From positions 95,162-159,161 of the forward strand of contig DASUKB010000002.1 in assembly GCA_036278915.1 (NCBI GenBank): a stretch of DNA of 64,000 bases, in the 5' to 3' direction. A program made the translations under genes and the position numbers. Below the pieces are notes generated by a model, which did not search any database, was not told the origin of the DNA, and saw only the letters and a program-made list of their open reading frames with translations. Of the stretch, positions 57,683-64,000 are shown in pieces (positions within the stretch are counted from its first letter, which is position 1; every line of letters starts with the position of its first letter). The DNA is from Patescibacteria group bacterium (GTDB lineage Bacteria; Patescibacteriota; Doudnabacteria; UBA920; O2-02-FULL-48-8).

Positions 57683-57715
57683 AAAAACCGCCATATGACG
57701 GTTTTTTAAGGATCT

Positions 57716-57925
57716 TTATACCATGCTGGCAGAGTTGATCCGGCCGCGATCCTGGCGTAATTTATCGATTTGATTTTTCAGGGCGAGTACCTCGGCATCC
57801 ACCACTTCGCCGCTTGCCGCGCGTTTACGCAGTTCTTCCAGTTTTTGCTCGGCTTCTGCGAGAACGCGGTCATTATCGTTCAAAGCGCGGAGGCCTGAAC
57901 CTTCGTAACCTATTTCACTTCTCAT
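57716..57925 (-). CDS. Small coiled-coil hypothetical protein
   Basis: 69 aa; starts immediately after the sod stop. Confidence 0.55.
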   Translation of the reverse strand: MRSEIGYEGSGLRALNDNDRVLAEAEQKLEELRKRAASGEVVDAEVLALKNQIDKLRQDRGRINSASMV

Positions 57926-57926
57926 T

Positions 57927-58508
57927 TTAGATTAGTTTAAGGACATTCCAGAAGGCACCGATATAGTCGGCGCGCCTGTTTTGATATTTGAGGTAATATG
58001 CATGCTCCCAAACATCGAGGCCCAGCACTGGCGTGTGGCCGTGTAGAAGGGGCGAGTCCTGGTTGGGTAGTCCATGCAAGTGCAATTTTCCGGATTCGTC
58101 GCGCGCCAGGAAAGCCCAGCCTGAGCCGAACTGTTTGGCAGCAATTTCCGAAAACTGTTTTTTGAAATCGTCAACGGATCCGAATGTCTCGATAATTTCC
58201 GAAACTAATTTTTCATCTTTAGTACCGGCCGGGTCAAGGAGTTTCCAAAACAGCGAGTGATTTGCATGCCCGCCGCCTTGGTTCCTGATGGCCAATTTTG
58301 TAGTGTCATCAACTTTGAGGGACTCTAAGTTTTTGAGGAGATCTTCTGCGCTCATCTGTTGGAGATCCGAGTGGTTTTCTAGCGCCGCATTGAGCTTGTC
58401 GATATAAGCCTGATGATGCTTAGTGTAATGAATTTCCATCGTTTTGGCATCTATATACGGCTCTAGAGCATCGTAGGCATATGCAAGTTTGGGCAGTTCA
58501 AATTTCAT
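57927..58508 (-). CDS. sodA: Fe/Mn superoxide dismutase
   Basis: LPKL-Y-ALEP, HYTKHH, GGHANH, FGSGW, DVWEHAYY. Confidence 0.95.
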   Translation of the reverse strand: MKFELPKLAYAYDALEPYIDAKTMEIHYTKHHQAYIDKLNAALENHSDLQQMSAEDLLKNLESLKVDDTTKLAIRNQGGGHANHSLFWKLLDPAGTKDEKLVSEIIETFGSVDDFKKQFSEIAAKQFGSGWAFLARDESGKLHLHGLPNQDSPLLHGHTPVLGLDVWEHAYYLKYQNRRADYIGAFWNVLKLI

Positions 58509-58840
58509 AAGTATTAACCCTTTCTTTTTTAATTCCTTTTTTATATTAAGCAACTAGAATGCTGGCGTCAATACATTTTCTACCAGATTGCAGTAGAAGT
58601 TGGTTTATGGTATAGTGAAAGCGCTTTAACTGGCCACGAGGCCACTTAAGTACATATTTTCTTCAGCTTACTTATATAAATTTCAAAGTTTGTTGATCTG
58701 ATCACATGGTTTTACGGCTTGTATCTAATTTTGACTCAAAAATAACCCTTTCTCATCTAAGAGAGGCGTATTTGGTTTAGCAGCTTAGAACAAACTTCAA
58801 AACACATTCAGAAACCAAGCTTTGGATTGGAAAGGTTTTT

Positions 58841-60358
58841 ATGTTGTTTGTATACATAATCATTGCTATTGCTGCGGGGCTTGGTGCCGGTTACTATTTG
58901 CGCAAGCTCCAGATTGCCGGCAAAGTCAATTCAATTGAAGCCAAAGTTTCCAAGGCTTTAGACGAGGCGCACACCAAAGAAAAGGAAATTTTATTGGAGG
59001 CCAAATCACGCGCCATTGAGATAGTCGATCAGGCCAAAAAAAGCGAACAAGAATTTCGCAATCAAATTTTAAAGACCGAAGACCGTTTAAGCAAAAAAGA
59101 TTCAGATTTGGACCGCAAGCTTTCGGAACTGGAACAGACTCGTTCCAACCTGGCCAAAAAGCAGGACGAGCTGGCCTCTTCTCATGAGGAATTGAAAACC
59201 ATCCGCGCCCGGCAGATGGAGCAATTGCAGAAAATCTCAAACCTCACGCCAGAGGATGCCAAACGAGTGCTTCTGGAAGCCACGGAGAAAAATATGCGCG
59301 AGGAACTAGCCGGGCTTACACGTAAACTGATTACCAATGCCCGCGAAGATGCGGACAAAAAAGCTCGAGAAATCGTAAGTCTGGCCATTCAGCGCTGTGC
59401 CTCGGAAGTTACCAGTGAAATGACGACTACCGCAGTAGCGCTTCCTTCGGAAGAAATGAAAGGACGCATCATCGGCAAAGAGGGCCGCAACATCCGAACA
59501 TTTGAACAGATGCTCGGGGTTGAGGTTATCGTGGATGATACGCCCGATGTGGTCGTGATTTCTGGATTCAATTCGGTTCGCCGTCACATCGCCAAAATTG
59601 CTTTGGAGAAATTGATTCAAGACGGCCGTATTCATCCGGCCAAAATCGAAGAGGCTACCGAGAAAGCCAAAAAAGAAATCGCGGAGCAGATCAAAGAGGC
59701 GGGGGAGGCCGCAGTTTACGAACTCGGCATTGCCAATTTTCCAGCCAAACTGGTCCAACTTATAGGCCGGCTCAAATTCCGCACCAGCTATGGCCAGAAC
59801 GTGCTCAAGCACTCCGTTGAAATGGCCAAGCTGGCAGCGCTTATGGCCGAAGAGGTCGGCGCCGATATCCAGACAGTCAAACAAGGCGCACTTTTGCACG
59901 ATATAGGCAAGGCTTTAGATCAGGATATGGAAGGTACACACGTGGAGATCGGCAAACAAATTGCCAAAAAATTCAATTTGCCTGAAAAAATCGTCAACGC
60001 AATTGAGGCCCACCACGGCGACGTTGAATATGGGTCCATTGAAGCCGCAATTGTGGACGCGGCTGACAATATTTCTGGCGCTCGTCCCGGGGCCCGGCGC
60101 GATACTTATGAAAATTACGTTAAACGGTTGGAAGAACTGGAAAGCGTGGCCTCAAGCTTTGAGGGAGTGGATCGCGTTTATGCCATCCAGGCCGGCCGCG
60201 AAATCCGTGTGTTTGTCCGGCCCGAGAAAGTCGACGACTGGTCGGCGACTAAGCTTGCGCGCGACATAGCCAACAAGATCGAACAGGATCTTAAATTTCC
60301 AGGTGAAATCCGCGTGATGGTGATTCGGGAGACAAGAGTGGTTGAATATGCAAGATAA
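58841..60358 (+). CDS. rny: Ribonuclease Y
   Basis: TM, coiled coil, KH (GRIIGKEGRNIR), HD (LLHDIGK), QAGREIRV. Confidence 0.97.
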   Translation: MLFVYIIIAIAAGLGAGYYLRKLQIAGKVNSIEAKVSKALDEAHTKEKEILLEAKSRAIEIVDQAKKSEQEFRNQILKTEDRLSKKDSDLDRKLSELEQTRSNLAKKQDELASSHEELKTIRARQMEQLQKISNLTPEDAKRVLLEATEKNMREELAGLTRKLITNAREDADKKAREIVSLAIQRCASEVTSEMTTTAVALPSEEMKGRIIGKEGRNIRTFEQMLGVEVIVDDTPDVVVISGFNSVRRHIAKIALEKLIQDGRIHPAKIEEATEKAKKEIAEQIKEAGEAAVYELGIANFPAKLVQLIGRLKFRTSYGQNVLKHSVEMAKLAALMAEEVGADIQTVKQGALLHDIGKALDQDMEGTHVEIGKQIAKKFNLPEKIVNAIEAHHGDVEYGSIEAAIVDAADNISGARPGARRDTYENYVKRLEELESVASSFEGVDRVYAIQAGREIRVFVRPEKVDDWSATKLARDIANKIEQDLKFPGEIRVMVIRETRVVEYAR

Positions 60359-60412
60359 AACGCTTGGGCAAGAATTTTTTGCCCGAACACAAACCCTCAA
60401 TAATAAAAAATT

Positions 60413-61231
60413 ATGTTAAAAATTATTTTTTTTGGTGATATTTGTGGAGAACCGGGACGGCGTGCGGTAAAGCAGTCTCTGCCGGAAATTTTGGATACCC
60501 AGCAACCGGACCTGGTTTTGGCCAACGTAGAAAACCTGGCGCACGGCAAAGGCGTGACTGTCAAAACTTTGGAGGAATTGATTCGCGCCGGCATTTCCGG
60601 ATTCACCGGCGGCAATCATATTTTTTCCAAACGTGACTTCACGGATGAAGTCTTCTCTAAATACGGGAAGATCCTGGTACGACCGACAAACATACCTGAT
60701 ACTTATTCGGGATCCGAAAGTATCTTTTTGGAAACCAAAAAAGGCAAGGTTTTGGTGGGCAATTTTTTGGGACAGGTTTTTATGGACCGGCAATTTCATG
60801 ATCCTATCGGCTCGCCATTTGAGCAGATTCAGAATTGGCTGACCAGTAATCAGATCGAAAATCCCGTGGCGACTATCATAGATTTCCATGCCGAAGCCAC
60901 GAGCGAAAAAGTTGCGTTCGGGTATTTTCTGGACGGCAAAGTTTCGGCCATGCTTGGCACGCACACCCATATACCCACGGCAGATTATAAAGTCCTGCCA
61001 GCAGGTACGGCATATATTACCGACGTTGGCATGTGCGGCGCAGCCGGTTCTGTGCTTGGAGTCGAGAAAGAACTGTCGCTGGCTCGGTTTACCACAGGCA
61101 CCCATGTGGCATTTGACATTCCCAAAGATGTGTCGTCTGCCGAATTAAGTTATGTTATTATAGATATAGATGAAACTAATGGCCGGGCCGCTCAAATTCA
61201 GGGCGTGCACCGGATAATTAAACTCAAATAA
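60413..61231 (+). CDS. ymdB: YmdB/TIGR00282 metallophosphoesterase
   Basis: GDI-G-GR, NVEN, GNH, DFHAEATSEK, GTHTH, TDVGM. Confidence 0.94.
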   Translation: MLKIIFFGDICGEPGRRAVKQSLPEILDTQQPDLVLANVENLAHGKGVTVKTLEELIRAGISGFTGGNHIFSKRDFTDEVFSKYGKILVRPTNIPDTYSGSESIFLETKKGKVLVGNFLGQVFMDRQFHDPIGSPFEQIQNWLTSNQIENPVATIIDFHAEATSEKVAFGYFLDGKVSAMLGTHTHIPTADYKVLPAGTAYITDVGMCGAAGSVLGVEKELSLARFTTGTHVAFDIPKDVSSAELSYVIIDIDETNGRAAQIQGVHRIIKLK

Positions 61232-61768
61232 ATGCCGCAGCCAAAAAGTTTTCTTGCGCCAAAACAGGTGCTGTTTAATGCCGAAATCGGCCGGGGCCAG
61301 ACCGTGGTAGATTTGGGAGCGGGTAATGGATTTTTTGCCCTGGCAGCGGCCCAGGCAGTGGGGCCGGAAGGGCATGTGTATGTGGTTGATATTCTTGAAA
61401 AATCTTTGGAACATGTCGCGTCGGAATCCCGAAGGCAGAACTTAGGAAATATCAGTACCATTCGCCATGATCTGGAAAAACCGGGCATGGAACAAGTTGC
61501 AGCAGGCAGTGCCGACGTTGTGATTGTAGCCAATGTCCTGCATCAAATCAAAAATACAGCCGGCCTAATAGCAGAGATTTACCGCTTGCTTAAAACTGGC
61601 GGTCGCGTGTGTATTTTGGATTGGAACGGTGAGCCATCGGTATTCGGCCCCAGGTCGTCCCGGCGAGTGTCGGAAGACAATGTCCGGGAAATGTTTGCGA
61701 AGGCTCTGAAATTTGAGCGTAAGGTTGACGGCGGCCAATTTCATTTTGGATTAATCTTCGTAAAATAA
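61232..61768 (+). CDS. Class I SAM-dependent methyltransferase
   Basis: VVDLGAGNG, YVVDI, LKTGG. Confidence 0.9.
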   Translation: MPQPKSFLAPKQVLFNAEIGRGQTVVDLGAGNGFFALAAAQAVGPEGHVYVVDILEKSLEHVASESRRQNLGNISTIRHDLEKPGMEQVAAGSADVVIVANVLHQIKNTAGLIAEIYRLLKTGGRVCILDWNGEPSVFGPRSSRRVSEDNVREMFAKALKFERKVDGGQFHFGLIFVK

Positions 61769-61769
61769 C

Positions 61770-62165
61770 ATGACATTTGATAAATTTTTTTGGTTTTCAC
61801 AGCCAAGCTTAATTTTGACCTCAGCCGATAAAGAGCTGCTTTGGATATTTGCAGGTCTGACCCTGCTTGGGATTATTTTCAAAATTGCAGAAGCGGTGAT
61901 GCATCATGCGGTCCTGGTCAAACTCTATGGTAAACTAGGCGCGGCGACCTTCTGGATGGGCATCTCGGGTCTGATTTGGTATGTTTTGCGCTACGAGAAC
62001 ACGCCAGTACTGGCCGACCGCTACTGGGCCGGATTGACCTTGCTTTGTTTTATCATCTGGCTCTTGGCTATTGTTTGGTTTGTTTTCACCAAGTTCCGCG
62101 TAGAGAAGCGCGAATATGATCGTCAGATGCTCAACAGCCGGTATATCCCTGGGTCCCGAAAATGA
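61770..62165 (+). CDS. Membrane hypothetical protein
   Basis: Three TMs; RYE-P-L-R-W and YIP motifs. Confidence 0.7.
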   Translation: MTFDKFFWFSQPSLILTSADKELLWIFAGLTLLGIIFKIAEAVMHHAVLVKLYGKLGAATFWMGISGLIWYVLRYENTPVLADRYWAGLTLLCFIIWLLAIVWFVFTKFRVEKREYDRQMLNSRYIPGSRK

Positions 62166-62530
62166 ACCTCGGTCAACAGGGGGAGATGTTGGTGGCAAAG
62201 CATTACGAGAATTTAGGCTTCCGGATTTTGGACCGTAATTTTATTTTTCCTAAAGGCAAACAAACCGGTGAGCTGGATCTGGTGGCTCTCAAAGACGGGG
62301 AATTGGTGTTTGTGGAAGTTAAAACCCGAAGCAGTGCCAAGTTTGGCGGCCCGTTTGAATCCGTAGATTTGGGCAAGCAGCGGAAATTGGTGAAGATGAC
62401 TAAACTTTACCTGCAATTGCACCCGGAATTGAGGGACAAAAATTACCGCATTGACGTAGCTGCCGTGGATATTGACAACCAGCATGAACCTGTTATAATA
62501 CTTCCGAACGCTGTTGAAGACACCTACTAA
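62162..62530 (+). CDS. YraN family putative endonuclease
   Basis: G-GE, ILDRN, GELDLV, FVEVKTR, RIDV. Confidence 0.93.
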   Translation: MNLGQQGEMLVAKHYENLGFRILDRNFIFPKGKQTGELDLVALKDGELVFVEVKTRSSAKFGGPFESVDLGKQRKLVKMTKLYLQLHPELRDKNYRIDVAAVDIDNQHEPVIILPNAVEDTY

Positions 62531-62587
62531 ACGAGCCTTAAGCTCGTTTCTTTTTTCAAATGAATTAAACTCAAGGAAGTAAAACAA

Positions 62588-63727
62588 ATGAATGATCAAT
62601 TTGAACAGGCATTAAACCAGATTGCTGAAGAAAAAGATATCAGCAAAGACGAAATTCTCAAAATGATTGAGGTCTCTTTGGCCGCGGCTTTTCGCAAGGA
62701 CTACGGCAAGAAAGACCAAAATATTGTTGTGGAGTTTTTGCCAGAAACCATGGGCACGAAAATTTTTGATGTTAAGAAAGTCGTAGAAGTCGTGGAAGAT
62801 CCGGTTAAAGAAATGTCTTTGGAGGATGCTAAAGTGCATAAGAAAAACGTCAAGGTCGGCGATGAGATCAAAATGGACATCACGCCCAAAACCGGGGCCA
62901 AGTTTGGCCGCATTGCGGCCCAGACTGCCAAGCAGGTTATTGTCCAGAAAATCCGCGAAGCCGAGCGAGGTGTAATGTTTTCTGACTACAAAGCCAAAGA
63001 ACGCCAGCTGGTGAACGGTATGGTTCAGCGCATTGAGGGTGACACGGTCTTGGTTGATTTGGGCAAGGCCACCGGCGTATTGTTCCCATCCGAACAGATC
63101 CGCGGCGAAAAATATTCTATAGGCGCCAGGGTCAAAGTTTTGATTCTGCACGTTGAGCCCACGGCCAAGGGTCCGAAAATTACGCTCTCGCGTTCGCATC
63201 CGGACGTGGTCAGGCGCTTGTTTGAAATCGAAGTTCCGGAAATTGCCAATGGCATTGTGGAAGTCAAATCAATTGCTCGTGAGGCCGGCAGCCGCACCAA
63301 GATTGCGGTCTGGTCTTCGCAGGACGGCGTGGATGCCATAGGCGCCTGCGTCGGGCAGCGAGGCACGCGCGTGCAGGTGGTTATGGGAGAGCTTGCGGGA
63401 GAAAAAATCGACATTATCTCCTGGAGCGAAGATCCGGTAAAATTCATAGCCAATTCTCTGTCGCCGGCCAAAATTCTGAACGTGACCTTGGACGAAGAAT
63501 CCAAGGAGGCCAAAGTTGGAGTGCTTTCAGACCAGCTGTCTTTGGCTATAGGCAAGGCCGGGCAAAATGTCCGGCTGGCCGCGCGCTTAACCGGTTGGAA
63601 AATTGATATTATTGAAGAAAAATTAGACGGTAATAATGAAGCCAAACCCGAAGCAGAAGTTTCGGAACCTGAAGTTTCCGAAGCTGCTGACTCCCGACAG
63701 CCGGAAGGAGAGCCAAGCAATGTCTAA
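62588..63727 (+). CDS. nusA: Transcription termination factor NusA
   Basis: [13 protein letters not shown]1 and KH domains, [12 protein letters not shown]. Confidence 0.97.
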   Translation: MNDQFEQALNQIAEEKDISKDEILKMIEVSLAAAFRKDYGKKDQNIVVEFLPETMGTKIFDVKKVVEVVEDPVKEMSLEDAKVHKKNVKVGDEIKMDITPKTGAKFGRIAAQTAKQVIVQKIREAERGVMFSDYKAKERQLVNGMVQRIEGDTVLVDLGKATGVLFPSEQIRGEKYSIGARVKVLILHVEPTAKGPKITLSRSHPDVVRRLFEIEVPEIANGIVEVKSIAREAGSRTKIAVWSSQDGVDAIGACVGQRGTRVQVVMGELAGEKIDIISWSEDPVKFIANSLSPAKILNVTLDEESKEAKVGVLSDQLSLAIGKAGQNVRLAARLTGWKIDIIEEKLDGNNEAKPEAEVSEPEVSEAADSRQPEGEPSNV

Positions 63728-64000
63728 CGATAGAATTTCGGCACAACTTGTGCCTATGGTCGTGGAAAAATCCCAGTTTGGGGAACGGGCGTTTGATATC
63801 TACTCCCGCCTGCTCCGCGAAAACATAATTTTTTTGGGTGATGTCATCGACGACCATATCGCTAACCTGGTGATTGCCCAACTTTTGTTTTTGGACGCAG
63901 AGAACCCAAAAAAGGACATCCGGCTCTATATCAATTCGCCGGGCGGATCCGTCACCGCGGCCATGGCCATTTACGATACCATGCAGTACGTCAAACCTGA
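63720..64000 (+). CDS. clpP: ClpP proteolytic subunit (3' end truncated; absent from ORF track)
   Basis: [40 protein letters not shown]. Confidence 0.95.
   Translation, partial: MSNDRISAQLVPMVVEKSQFGERAFDIYSRLLRENIIFLGDVIDDHIANLVIAQLLFLDAENPKKDIRLYINSPGGSVTAAMAIYDTMQYVKP

Noticed and set aside
1-64000. CRISPR array or cas genes
   Set aside because: No regularly spaced direct repeats with unique spacers; YraN and RuvC here are ordinary housekeeping families.

Overview
A 64-kb, gene-dense chromosomal segment from a small-genome bacterium. It is inferred to be Patescibacteria/CPR from the TrbC/VirB2-like pilin array, short SMC, tRNA-Ile(UAU), SD-poor core genes and many small palindromic elements. 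Most of it is housekeeping (tyrS, ruvC, gyrA, S1, murE, rnhB, infB, rbfA, ftsK, recA, lexA, comM, ftsH, rnc, smc, rpsP-trmD-rplS, sod, rny-ymdB, nusA, clpP), with 14 intact tRNAs and two small accessory cassettes. No rRNA, CRISPR, integrase or transposase is seen. The main unexplained signal is at the tRNA loci. Three tRNAs (Ala-CGC, Arg-CCT, Ile-TAT) each lie inside a decayed tRNA gene of the same isotype but different sequence, held between the arms of a CCCGCCCGAC-type inverted repeat. Two more (Pro-CGG, Val-GAC) are followed by a second 3' half whose T-loop is split by a hairpin insert. Three of these five loci end in a shared GCTCGG...CCTCGC long-stem element. Together this suggests a hairpin-element-linked tRNA disruption and replacement process. 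Also notable: a ~450-nt ORF-free, promoter- and terminator-bounded structured RNA with tRNA-like ends after recA, an apparently hinge-less SMC, and a 30-bp palindrome sitting in frame in an RluA-family gene. All structures were derived by eye; no database searches were run.
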